DNA from: Callorhinchus milii
Taxonomy: Eukaryota
Length of the DNA stretch: 43,339 nucleotides
Direction: 5' to 3'
NCBI RefSeq assembly: GCF_018977255.1
Contig: NW_024705452.1
Coordinates: 1 to 43,339, forward strand
In this document: positions 1 through 12,745 of the stretch, piece after piece
Position numbering within the stretch: the first letter of the stretch is position 1
How the letters are laid out: every line of letters starts with the position of its first letter
Program-made: the position numbers and the translations under genes
The notes under the pieces: generated by a model
What the model was told of the DNA's origin: nothing
Database searches by the model: none
The model's input: only the letters and a program-made list of their open reading frames with translations

Positions 1-3000
1 GTTTGCACCAGACAGTGTTTGAACCAGGCAGTGTGTGTGCAAGGCCATGCTTGCGAACGCTTGTGTTTGCGCAAGGTTGTGTTTGCGCAAGGTTGTATTT
101 GAGCAAGACCGTGTTTGTGCACGGAATGCTTGCACAAAGGTGTGTTTGCGCAGGGCAGTGTTTGCGCAAGGCAGTGTTTGCGCAAGGCAATGTTTGCGCA
201 AAACAGTGTATGTGCAAGGCAATGCTTGCGCAAGGTTGTGTTTGCACAAGGTTGTGTTTGCACATGGCTGTGTTTGCGCAAGACTGTGTTTGCGCGAGGC
301 AGTGTTTGCGCGAGGCAGTGTTTGCGCGAGGCAGTGTTTGCACGAGGCTGCGTTTGCGCGAGGCAGTGTTTGCGCGAGGCAGCGTTTGCGCGAGGCAGTG
401 TTTGTGCATTGCAGTGCTTGTGCAACGTTTTGTTTGCACAAGAGATTGTTGGCGCAATGCAGTGTTTGCGCACGGCTGTGTTTGCGCAAGACTGTGTTTG
501 CGCACGGCAGTGTTTGCGCGAGGCCGTGTTTGCGCGAGGCAGTGTTTGCACGAGGCTGTGTTTGCGCGAGGCTGTGTTTGCGCGAGGCTGTGTTTGTGTG
601 AGGCTGTGTTTGCGCGAGGCAGTGTTTGCGCGAGGCAGTGTTTCCGCGAGGCAGTGTTTGCACGAGGCTGTATTTGCGCGAGGCTGTGTTTGCGCGAAGC
701 TGTGTTGGCGCGAGGCTGTGTTTGCGCGAGGCCGTGTTTGCGCTTGGCAGTGTTTGCTCAAGGCTATGTTTGTGCATGGAGTGTTTGCGCAATTGTGTAT
801 TTGCGCAGGGCATTGTTTGCGCAAGGCATTGTTTGCACCAGGTAGTGTTTGCGCACGCCAGAGTTTGCGCACACCAGAGTTTACGCACGCCAGAGTTTGC
901 GCACGCCAGAGTTTGCGCAAGGCAGTGTTTGCACAAGGCGATGTTGGCGCACGGCAATGTTTGCGCACGGCCGTGTTTGCCCATGGCAGTGTTTGGGCAT
1001 GGCAGTGTTTGCGCACGACTCTGTTTGCGAAAAACTGTTTGCGCAATTGTGTGTTTGCGCACGGCAGTGTTTGCACCAGGCAGTGTTTGCACCAGGTAGT
1101 GTTTGAACCAGGCAGTGTGTGTGCAAGGTCATGCTTGCGCACGCTTGTGTTTGGCAGTGTTTGCGCGAGGCTGTGTTTGCGCGAGGCAGTGTTTGAGCGA
1201 GGCTGTGTTTGCACGACGCAGTGTTTGCGCGATGCTGTGTTTGCGCGAGGCTGTGTTTGCACGAGGCTGTGTTGGCGCGAGGCTGTGTTTGCGCGAGGCA
1301 GTGTTTGCGCGAGGCAGTGTTTGCGCGAGGCAGTGTTTGCACGAGGCTGTGTTTGCGCGAGGCAGTGTTTGCGCGAGGCAGCGTTTGCGCGAGGCAGTGT
1401 TTGTGCATTGCAGTGCTTGTGCAAGGTTTTGTTTGCACAAGAGATTGTTGGCGCAATGCAGTGTTTGCGCACGGCTATGTTTGCGCAAGTCTGTGTTTGC
1501 GCACACCAGAATTTACGCACGCCAGAGTTTGCGCACGCCAGAGTTTGCGCAAGGCAGTGATTGCACAAGGCGATGTTGGCGCACGGCAATGTTTGCGCAC
1601 GGCCATGTTTGCCCATGGCAGTGTTTGGGCATGGCAGTGTTTGCGCACAACTCTGTTTGCGAAAAACTGTTTGCTCAATTGTGTGTTTGCGCACGGCAGT
1701 GTTTGCACCAGGCAGTGTTTGCACCAGGCAGTGTTTGAACCAGGCAGTGTGTGTGCAAGGCCATGCTTGCGCACGCTTGTGTTTGCGCAAGGTTGTGTTT
1801 GCGCAAGGTTGTATTTGAGCAAGACCGTGTTTGTGCACGGAATGCTTGCACAAAGGTGTGTTTGCGCAGGGCAGTGTTTGCGCGAGGCAGTGTTTGTGCA
1901 TTGCAGTGCTTGTGCAAGGTTTTGTTTGCACAAGAGATTGTTGGCGCAATGCAGTGTTTGCGCACGGCTGCGTTTGCGCGAGGCTGTGTTTGCGCGAGGC
2001 TGTGTTTGTGCAAAACTGTGTTTGCGCATGGCAGTGTTTGCACAAGGCAATGTTGGCGCAAGGCAATGTTTGCACACGGCTGTGTTTGCTCAAAATTGCG
2101 TTTGAGCAAGGCAGTGTTTGCGCGAGGCAGTGTTTGCGCGAGGCAGTGTTTGCGCGAGGCAGTGTTTGCGCGAGGCTGTGTTTGCGCGAGGCAGTGTTTG
2201 AGCGAGGCTGTGTTTGCACGACGCAGTGTTTGCGCGATGCTGTGTTTGCGCGAGGCTGTGTTTGCGCGAGGCTGTGTTTGCGTGAGGCTGTGTTTGAGCG
2301 AGGCTGTGTTTGCGAACGCCAGAGTTTGCGCATGCCAGAGTTTGCGCACACCAGAGTTTACGCACGCCAGAGTTTGTGCACGCCAGAGTTTGCGCAAGGC
2401 AGTGTTTGCACAAGGCGATGTTGGCGCACGGCAATGTTTGCGCACGGCCGTGTTTGCCCATGGCAGTGTTTGGGCATGGCAGTGTTTGCGCACGACTCTG
2501 TTTGCGAAAAACTGTTTGCGCAATTGTGTGTTTGCGCACGGCAGTGTTTGCACCAGGCAGTTTTTGCACCAGGCAGTGTTTGAACCAGGCAATGTGTGTG
2601 CAAGGCCATGCTTGCGCACGCTTGTGTTTGCGCAATGTTCTGTTTGCGCAAGGTTGTATTTGAGCAAGACCGTGTTTGTGCACGGAATGCTTGCACAAAG
2701 TTGTGTTTGCGCAGGGCAGTGTTTGCGCAAGGCAGTGTTTGCGCAAGTCAATGTTTGCGCAAAACAGTGTATGTGCAAGGCAATGCTTGCGCAAGGTTGT
2801 GTTTGCACAAGGTTATGTTTGCACATGGCTGTGTTTGCGCAAAACTGTGTTTGCGCATGGCAATGTTTGCACAAGGCAATGTTGGCGCAAGGCAATGTTT
2901 GCACATGGCTGTGTTTGCTCAAGATTGCGTTTGAGCAAGGCTGCGTTTGTGCAAGGCAGTGTTTACTCAAGGCAGTGTTTACTCAAGGCCGTGTTTTTGC

Positions 3001-6000
3001 ACGGAATGTTTTCGCAAAGGTGTGTTTGCGCAGGGCAATGTTTGTGCAAGGCACTGTTTATGCAAAGCAGTGTTTGCGCCAGGTCGTGTTTGTGCATGGC
3101 CTTGGTTGCGCACGGCCGTGCTTGCGAACGGCATTGTTTGCGCTCGGCAGTTTCCGCAAGGCAGTGTTTGCGTGAGGCAGTGTTTGTGCATTGCAGTGCT
3201 TGTGCAAGGTTTTGTTTGCACAAGAGATTGTTGGCGCAATGCAGTGTTTGCGCACGGCTGTGTTTGCGCGAGGCTGTGTTTGTGCAAAACTGTGTTTGCG
3301 CATGGCAGTGTTTGCACAAGGCAATGTTGGCGCAAGGCAATCTTTGCACACGGCTGTGTTTGTTCAAAATTGCGTTTGAGCAAGGCAGTGTTTGCGCGAG
3401 GCAGTGTTTGCGCGAGGCAGTGTTTGCGCGAGGCTGTGTTTGCGCGAAGCAGTGTTTGCGCGAGCCTGTGTTTGCACGACGCAGTGTTTGCGCGAGGCTG
3501 TGTTTGCGCGAGGCTGTGTTGGCGCGAGGCTGTGTTGGCGCGAGGCAGTGTTTGCGCGAGGCAGTGTTTGCACGAGGCAGTGTTTGCACGAGGCTGTGTT
3601 TGCGCGAGGCAGTGTTTGCGCGAGGCAGCGTTTGCGCGAGGCAGTGTTTGTGCATTGCAGTGCTTGTGCAAGGTTTTGTTTGCACAAGAGATTGTTGGCG
3701 CAATGCAGTGTTTGCGCACGGCTGTGTTTGCGCGAGGCTGTGTTTGTGCAAAACTGTGTTTGCGCATGGCAGTGTTTGCACAAGGCAATGTTGGCGCAAG
3801 GCAATGTTTGCACACGGCTGTGTTTGCTCAAAATTGCGTTTGAGCAAGGCAATGTTTGCGCGAGGCAGTGTTTGCGCGAGGCAGTGTTTGCGCGAGGCTG
3901 TGTTTGCTCGAGGCAGTGTTTGCGCGAGGCTGTGTTTGCGCGACGCAGTGTTTGCGCGAGGCTGTGTTTGCGCGAGGCTGTGTTTGCGCGAGGCTGTGTT
4001 TGCGCGAGGCTGTGTTTGCGCGAGGCAGTGTTTGCGCGAGGCAGTGTTTGCGCGAGGCAGTGTTTGCGCGAGGCTGTGTTTGCGCGAGGCTGTGTTTGCG
4101 CGAGGCTGTGTTTGCGCGAGGCTGTGTTTGCGCGAGGCCGTGTTTGCGCTTGGCAGTGTTTGCTCAAGGCTATGTTTGTGCATGGAGTGTTTGCGCAATT
4201 GTGTATTTGCGCAGGGCATTGTTTGCGCAAGGCATTGTATGCACCAGGTAGTGTTTGCGCACGCCAGTGATTGTGCACGCTAGTGTTTGCGAACGCCAGA
4301 GTTTGCGCACGCCAGAGTTTGCACACACCAGAGTTTATGCACGCCAGAGTTTGCGCACGCCAGAGTTTGCGCAAGGCAGTGTTTGCACAAGGCAATGTTG
4401 GCGAACGGCCGTGTTTGGCCATGGCAGTGTTTGGGCATGGCAGTGTTTCCGCACGACTCTGTTTGCAAAAAACTGTTTGCGCAATTGTGTGTTTGCGCAC
4501 GGCAGTGTTTGCACCAGGCAGTGTTTGCACCAGGCATTGTTTGAACCAGGCAGTGTGTGTGCAAGGCCATGCTTGCGCACGCTTGTGTTTGCGCAAGGTT
4601 GTGTTTGCGCAAGGTTGTATTTGAGCAAGACCATGTTTGTGCACGGAATGGTTGCACAAAGGTGTGTTTGCGCAGGGCAGTGTTTGCGCAAGGCAGTGTT
4701 TGCGCAAGGCAATGTTTGCGCAAAACAGTGTATGTGCAAGGCAATGCTTGCGCAAGGTTGTGTTTGCACAAGGTTGTGTTTGCACATGGCTGTGTTTGCG
4801 CAAAACTGTGTTTGCGCATGGCAGTGTTTGCACAAGGCAATGTTGGCGCAAGGCAATGTTTGCACACGGCTGTGTTTGCTCAAGATTGCGTTTGAGCAAG
4901 GCTGCGTTTGAGCAAGGCAGTGTTTGCGCGAGGCAGTGTTTGCGCGAGGCTGTGTTTGCGCGAGGCAGTGTTTGCGCGAGGCTGTTGTTTGCGCGAGGCA
5001 GTGTTTGCGCGAGGCTGTGTTTGCGCGAGGCTGTGTTTGCGCGAGGCTGTGTTTGTGTGAGGCTGTGTTTGCGCGAGGCAGTGTTTGCGCGAGGCAGTGT
5101 TTGCGCGAGGCAGTGTTTGCACGAGGCTGTATTTGCGCGAGGCTGTGTTTGCGCGACGCTGTGTTGGCGCGAGGCTGTGTTTGCGCGAGGCCGTGTTTGC
5201 GCTTGGCAGTGTTTGCTCAAGGCTGTGTTTGTGCATGGAGTGTTTGCGCAATTGTGTATTTGCGCAGGGCATTGTTTGCGCAAGGCATTGTTTGCACCAG
5301 GTAGTGTTTGCGCACGCCATTGTTTACGCACGCCAGAGTTTGTGCACGCCAGAGTTTTCGCAAGGCAGTGTTTGCACAAGGCAATGTTGGCGCACGGCAA
5401 TGTTTGCGCACGGCCGTGTTTGCCCATGGCAGTGTTTGGGCATGGCAGTGTTTGGGCACGACTCTGTTTGCGAAAAACTGTTTGCGCAATTGTGTGTTTG
5501 CGCACGGCAGTGTTTGCACCAGGCAGTGTTTGCACCAGGCAGTGTTTGAACCAGGCAATGTGTGTGCAAGGCCATGCTTGCGCACGCTTGTGTTTGCGCA
5601 ATGCTGTGTTTGCGCAATGCTGTGTTTGCGCAAGGCTGTGTTTGCGCAAGGCTGCGTTTGCGCGAGGCTGTGTTTACGCAAGGCTGTGTTTGCGCGAGGC
5701 TGTGTTTGTGCAAAACTGTGTTTGCGCATGGCAGTGTTTGCACAAGGCAATGTTGGCGCAAGGCAATGTTTGCACATGGCTGTGTTTGCTCAAGATTGCG
5801 TTTGAGCAAGGCTGTGTTTGTGCAAGGCAGTGTTTACTCAAGGCCGTGTTTGTGCATGGAGTATTTTCGCAAAGGTGTGTTTGCGCAGGGCAATATTTGT
5901 GCAAGGCACTGTTTATGCAAAGCAGTGTTTGCGCCAGGTCGTGTTTGTGCATGGTCTTGGTTGCGCACGCCGTGCTTGCGAACTGCATTGTTTGCGCTCG

Positions 6001-9000
6001 GCAGTTTCCGCAAGGCAGTGTTTGCGTGAGGCAGTGTTTGCGCGAGGCAGCGTATGCGCGAGGCAGTGTTTGTGCATTGCAGTGCTCGTGCAACGTTTTG
6101 TTTGCACAAGAGATTGTTGGCGCAATGCAGTGTTTGCGCACGGCTGTGTTTGCGCAAGACTGTGTTTGCGCACGGCTGCGTTTGCGCGAGGCTGTGTTTG
6201 CGCAAGGCTGTGTTTACGCGAGGCTGTGTTTGTGCTAAACTGTGTTTGCGCATGGCAGTGTTTGCACAAGGCAATGTTGGCGCAAGGCAATGTTTGCACA
6301 CGGCTGTCTTTGCTCAAAATTGCGTTTGAGCAAGGCAGTGTTTCCGCGAGGCAGTGTTTGCACGAGGCAGTGTTTGCGCAAGGCTGTGTTTGCGCGAGGC
6401 AGTGTTTGCGCGAGGCTGTGTTTGCGCGACGCAGTGTTTGCGCGATGCTGTGTTTGCGCGAGGCCGTGTTTGCGCTTGGCAGTGTTTGCTCAAGGCTATG
6501 TTTGTGCATGGAGTGTTTGCGCAATTGTGTATTTGCGCAGGGCATTGTTTGCGCAAGGCATTTTTTGCACCAGGTAGTGTTTGCGCACACCAGTGATTGT
6601 GCACGCTAGTGTTTGCGAACGCCAGAGTTTGCGCATGCCAGAGTTTGCGCACACCAGAGTTTACGCACGCCAGAGTTTGCGCACGCCAGAGTTTGCGCAA
6701 GGCAGGGTTTGCACAAGGCAATGTTGGCGCACGGCAATGTTTGCGCACGGCCGTGTTTGCCCATGGCAGTGTTTGGGCATGGCAGTGTTTGCGCACGACT
6801 CTGTTTGCGAAAAAACTGTTTGCGCAATTGTGTGTTTGCGCACGGCAGTGTTTGCACCAGGCAGTGTTTGCACCAGGTAGTGTTTGAACCAGGCAGTGTG
6901 TGTGCAAGGTCATGCTTGCGCACGCTTGTGTTTGCGCAAGGTTGTGTTTGCGCAAAGTTGTATTTGAGCAAGACCGTGTTTGTGCACGGAATGCTTGCAC
7001 AAAGGTGTGTTTGCGCAGGGCAGTGTTTGCGCAAGGCAGTGTTTGCGCAAGGCAATGTTGGCGCACGGCAATGTTTGCGCACGGCCGTGTTTGGCCATGG
7101 CAGTGTTTGGGCATGGCAGTGTTTGCGCACGACTCTGTTTGCGAAAAACTGTTTGCGCAATTGTGTGTTTGCGCACGACAGTGTTTGCACCAGGCAGTGT
7201 TTGCACCAGGCATTGTTTGAACCAGGCAGTGTGTGTGCAAGGCCATGCTTGCGCACGCTTGTGTTTGCGCAGGGTTGTGTTTGCGCAAGGTTGTATTTGA
7301 GCAAGACCGTATTTGTGCACGGAATGGTTGCACAAAGGTGTGTTTGCGCAGGGCAGTGTTTGCGCAAGGCAGTGTTTGCGCAAGGCAATGTTTGCGCAAA
7401 ACAGTGTATGTGCAAGGCAATGCTTGCGCAAGGTTGTGTTTGCACAAGGTTGTGTTTGCACATGGCTGTGTTTGCGCAAAACTGTGTTTGCGCATGGCAG
7501 TGTTTGCACAAGGCAATGTTGGCGCAAGGCAATGTTTGCACACGGCTGTGTTTGCTCAAGATTGCGTTTGAGCAAGGCTGCGTTTGAGCAAGGCAGTGTT
7601 TGCGCGAGGCAGTGTTTGCGCGAGGCAGTGTTTGCGCGAGGCTGTGTTTGCGCGAGGCAGTGTTTGCGCGAGGCTGTGTTTGCGCGAGGCTGTGTTTGCG
7701 CGAGGCAGTGTTTGCGCGAGGCAGTGTTTGCGCGAGGCTGTGTTTGCGCGAGGCAGTGTTTGCGCGAGGCTGTGTTTGCGTGAGGATGTGTTTGCGCGAG
7801 GCAGTGTTTGCGCGAGGCAGTGTTTGCGCGAGGCAGTGTTTGCACGAGGCTGTATTTGCGCGAGGCTGTGTTTGCGCGACGCTGTGTTGGCGCGAGGCTG
7901 TGTTTGCGCGAGGCCGTGTTTGCGCTTGGCAGTGTTTGCTCAAGGCTGTGTTTGTGCATGGAGTGTTTGCGCAATTGTGTATTTGCGCAGGGCATTGTTT
8001 GCGCAAGGCATTGTTTGCACCAGGTAGTGTTGCCGCACGCCAGTGTTTGTGCACACTAGTGTTTGCGAACGCCAGAGTTTGCGCACGCCAGAGTTTGCGC
8101 ACACCAGAGTTTACGCACGCCAGAGTTTGTGCACGCCAGAGTTTGCGCAAGGCAGTGTTTGCACAACGCAATGTTGGCGCACGGCAATGTTTGCGCACGG
8201 CCGTGTTTGCCCATGGCAGTGTTTGGGCATGGCAGTGTTTGCGCACGACTCTGTTTGCGAAAAACTGTTTGCGCAATTGTGTGTTTGCGCACGGCAGTGT
8301 TTGCACCAGGCAGTGTTTGAACCAGGCAATGTGTGTGCAAGGCCATGCTTGCGCACGCTTGTGTTTGCGCAATGCTGTGTTTGCGCAATGCTGTGTTTGC
8401 GCAAGGCTGTGTTTGCGCAAGGCTGCGTTTGCGCAAGGCTGTGTTTGCGCAAAGCTGTGTTTGCGCGAGGCTGTGTTTGTGCAAAACTGTGTTTGCGCAT
8501 GGCAGTGTTTGCACAAGGCAATGTTGGCGCAAGGCAATGTTTGCACACGGCTGTGTTTGCTCAAGATTGCGTTTGAGCAAGGCTGTGTTTGTGCAAGGCA
8601 GTGTTTACTCAAGGCCGTGTTTGTGCATGGAGTATTTTCGCAAAGGTGTGTTTGCGCAGGGCAATGTTTGTGCAAGGCACTGTTTATGCAAAGCAGTGTT
8701 TGCGCCAGGTCGTGTTTGTGCATGGTCTTGGTTGCGCACGGCCGTGCTTGCGAACTGCATTGTTTGCGCTCGGCAGTTTCCGCAAGGCAGTGTTTGCGTG
8801 AGGCAGTGTTTGCGCGAGGCAGCGTTTGCGCGAGGCAGTGTTTGTGCATTGCAGTGCTCGTGCAACGTTTTGTTTGCACAAGAGATTGTTGGCGCAATGC
8901 AGTGTTTGCGCACGGCTGTGTTTGCGCAAGACTGTGTTTGCGCACGGCTGCGTTTGCGCGAGGCTGTGTTTGCGCGAGACTGTGTTTGCGCGAGGCTGTG

Positions 9001-12000
9001 TTTGTGCTAAACTGTGTTTGCGCATGGCAGTGTTTGCACAAGGCAATGTTGGCGCAAGGCAATGTTTGCACACGGCTGTCTTTGCTCAAAATTGCGTTTG
9101 AGCAAGGCAGTGTTTCCGCGAGGCAGTGTTTGCACGAGGCAGTGTTTGCGCAAGGCTGTGTTTGCGCGAGGCAGTGTTTGCGCGAGGCTGTGTTTGCGCG
9201 ACGCAGTGTTTGCGCGATGCTGTGTTTGCGCGAGGCCGTGTTTGCGCTTGGCAGTGTTTGCTCAAGGCTATGTTTGTGCATGGAGTGTTTGCGCAATTGT
9301 GTATTTGCGCAGGGCATTGTTTGCGCAAGGCATTTTTTGCACCAGGTAGTGTTTGCGCACACCAGTGATTGTGCACGCTAGTGTTTGCGAACGCCAGAGT
9401 TTGCGCATGCCAGAGTTTGCGCACACCAGAGTTTACGCACGCCAGAGTTTGCGCACGCCAGAGTTTGCGCAAGGCCGTGTTTGCACAAGGCAATGTTGGC
9501 GCACGGCAATGTTTGTGCACGGCCATGTTTGCCCATGGCAGTGTTTGCCCATGGCAGTGTTTGCGCACGACTCTGTTTGCGAAAAACTGTTTGCGCAATT
9601 GTGTGTTTGCGCACGGCAGTGTTTGCACCAGGCAGTGTTTGCACCAGGCAGTGTTTGAACCAGGCAGTGTGTGTGCAAGGCCATGCTTGCGCACGCTTGT
9701 GTTTGCGCAAGGTTGTGTTTGCGCAAAGTTGTATTTGAGCAAGACCGTGTTTGTGCACGGAATGCTTGCACAAAGGTGTGTTTGCGCAGGGCAGTGTTTG
9801 CGCAAGGCAGTGTTTGCGCAAGGCAATGTTGGCGCACGGCAATGTTTGCGCACGGCCGTGTTTGCCCATGGCAGTGTTTGGGCATGGCAGTGTTTGCGCA
9901 CGACTCTGTTTGCGAAAAACTGTTTGCGCAATTGTGTGTTTGCGCACGACAGTGTTTGCACCAGGCAGTGTTTGCACCAGGCATTGTTTGAACCAGGCAG
10001 TGTGTGTGCAAGGCCATGCTTGCGCACGGTTGTGTTTGCGCAGGGTTGTGTTTGCGCAAGGTTGTATTTGAGCAAGACCGTATTTGTGCACGGAATGGTT
10101 GCACAAAGGTGTGTTTGCGCAGGGCAGTGTTTGCGCAAGGCAGTGTTTGCGCAAGGCAATGTTTGCGCAAAACAGTGTATGTGCAAGGCAATGCTTGCGC
10201 AAGGTTGTGTTTGCACAAGGTTGTGTTTGCACATGGCTGTGTTTGCGCAAAACTGTGTTTGCGCATGGCAGTGTTTGCACAAGGCAATGTTGGCGCAAGG
10301 CAATGTTTGCACACGGCTGTGTTTGCTCAAGATTGCGTTTGAGCAAGGCTGCGTTTGAGCAAGGCAGTGTTTGCGCGAGGCAGTGTTTGCGCGAGGCAGT
10401 GTTTGCGCGAGGCTGTGTTTGCGCGAGGCAGTGTTTGCGCGAGGCTGTGTTTGCGCGAGGCTGTGTTTGCGCGAGGCAGTGTTTGCGCGAGGCAGTGTTT
10501 GCGCGAGGCTGTGTTTGCGCGAGGCAGTGTTTGCGCGAGGCTGTGTTTGCGTGAGGATGTGTTTGCGCGAGGCAGTGTTTGCGCGAGGCAGTGTTTGCGC
10601 GAGGCAGTGTTTGCACGAGGCTGTATTTGCGCGAGGCTGTGTTTGCGCGACGCTGTGTTGGCGCGAGGCTGTGTTTGCGCGAGGCCGTGTTTGCGCTTGG
10701 CAGTGTTTGCTCAAGGCTGTGTTTGTGCATGGAGTGTTTGCGCAATTGTGTATTTGCGCAGGGCATTGTTTGCGCAAGGCATTGTTTGCACCAGGTAGTG
10801 TTTGCGCACGCCAGTGTTTGTGCACACTAGTGTTTACGCACGCCAGAGTTTGTGCACGCCAGAGTTTGCGCAAGGCAGTGTTTGCACAACGCAATGTTGG
10901 CGCACGGCAATGTTTGCGCACGGCCGTGTTTGCCCATGGCAGTGTTTGGGCATGGCAGTGTTTGCGCACGACTCTGTTTGCGAAAAACTGTTTGCGCAAT
11001 TGTGTGTTTGCGCACGGCAGTGTTTGCACCAGGCAGTGTTTGCACCAGGCATTGTTTGAACCAGGCAGTGTGTGTGCAAGGCCATGCTTGCGCACGCTTG
11101 TGTTTGCGCAGGATTGTGTTTGCGCAAGCTTGTATTTGAGCAAGACCGTGTTTGTGCACGGAATGTTTGCACAAAGGTGTGTTTGCGCAGGGCAGTGTTT
11201 CCGCAAGGCAGTGTTTGCGCAAGGCAATGTTTGCGCAAAACAGTGTATGTGCAACGCAATGCTTGTGCAAGGTTGTTTTTGCACAAGGTTGTGTTTGCAC
11301 ATGGCTGTGTTTGTGCAAAACTGTGTTTGCACATGCCAGTGTTTGCACAAGGCAATGTTGGCGCAAGGCAATGTTTGCACATGGCTGTGTTTGCTCAAGA
11401 TTGCGTTTGAGCAAGGCTGTGTTTGTGCAAGGCAGTGTTTACTCAAGGCAGTGTTTACTCAAGGCCGTGTTTGTGCATGGAGTGTTTTCGCAAAGGTGTG
11501 TTTGCGCAGGGCAATGTTTGTGCAAGGCACTGTTTATGCAAAGCAGTGTTTGCGCCAGGTCGTGTTTGTGCATGGCCTTGGTTGCGCACGGCCGTGCTTG
11601 CGAACTGCATTGTTTGCGCTCGGCAGTTTCCGCAAGGCAGTGTTTGCGTGAGGCAGTTTCGCGTGAGGCAGCGTTTGCGCGAGGCAGTGTTTGTGCATTG
11701 CAGTGCTTGTGCAAGGTTTTGTTTGCACAAGAGATTGTTGGCGCAATGCAGTGTTTGCGCACGGCTGTGTTTGCGCAAGACTGTGTTTGCGCACGGCTGC
11801 GTTTGCGCGAGGCTGTGTTTGCGCGAGGCTGTGTTTGCGCGAGGCTGTGTTTGCGCCAGGCAGTGTTTGCGCAATGCATTGTTTGAGCAAGGGAGAGTTT
11901 GCGCACGGCAGTGTTTGCACAAGGTTGTGTTTGCGCAAGGGATTGCTTGCGCAAGACTGTGTTTGCGCATGGCAGTGTTTGCAAGGCAATGTTTGTGCAA

Positions 12001-12745
12001 GGTTGTGTTTGCTCAAGATTGTGTTTGAGCAAGTCTGTGTTTGTGCAAGGCAGTGTTTGCTCAAGGCAGTGTTTACTCAAGGTCGTGTTTGTGCACGGAG
12101 TGTTTTCGCAAAGGTGTGTTTGCGCAGAGCAATGTTTGTGCAAGGCATTGTTTATGCAAGGCTGTGTTTGCATGAGGCTGTGTTTTCGCGAGGCTGTGTT
12201 TGCACGAGGCAGTGTTTGCGCGAGGCAGTGTTTGCGCGAGGCAGTGTTTGCGTGAGGCAGTGTTTGCGCGAGGCAGTGTTTACTCAAAGTCGTATTTGTG
12301 CACGGAGTGTTTTCGCAAAGGTGTGTTTGCGCAGGGCAATGTTTGTGCAAGGCACTGTTTATGCAAGGCACTGTTTGCGCCAGGTCGTGTTTGTGCATGG
12401 CCTTGGTTGCGCACGGCCTTGCTTGCGAACCGCAATGTTTGCGCTCAGCAGTTTGCACAAGGCAGTGTTTGCCCAAGGCTGTGTTTGCGCAAGACTGTGT
12501 TTGCGCAAGATTGTGTTTGCGCACGGCAGTGTTTGAGCATGCCAGTGTTTGCGCCAGGCAGTGTTTGAGCCAGCCAGTGTTTGCGCCAGGCAGTGTTTGC
12601 CCCAGGCAGTGTTTGCGCCAGTCAGTGTTTGCCCCAGGCAGTGTTTGCGCAAGGCAGTGTTTGCGCAAGGCAGTGTTTGCACAATGGACTTTTTGCGCAA
12701 GGTTGTGTTTGCGCAAGGTTGTGTTTGCGCAAGGTTGTGTTTGCA
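1..12745. repeat. Satellite array, 16-bp monomer (GGCWGTGTTTGCGCGA and variants), with higher-order structure; extends beyond the left edge of the window
   Basis: Continuous 16-bp periodicity, with near-homogeneous runs such as 3855-4140 and 7590-7910. Diagnostic variant strings (caagagattgttggcgcaatgc; atttgagcaagacc; gaaaaactg) recur at ~2.77-2.89 kb offsets. Confidence 0.97.

Noticed and set aside
1..12745. Many long Cys/Ala/Arg-rich ORFs (up to 918 aa) on both strands
   Set aside because: They are translations of a stop-poor 16-bp satellite, open in multiple frames on both strands and cycling through the same peptides.
1..12745. CRISPR-like repeat/spacer periodicity
   Set aside because: Contiguous monomers with no unique spacers, no cas genes, and a vertebrate context.
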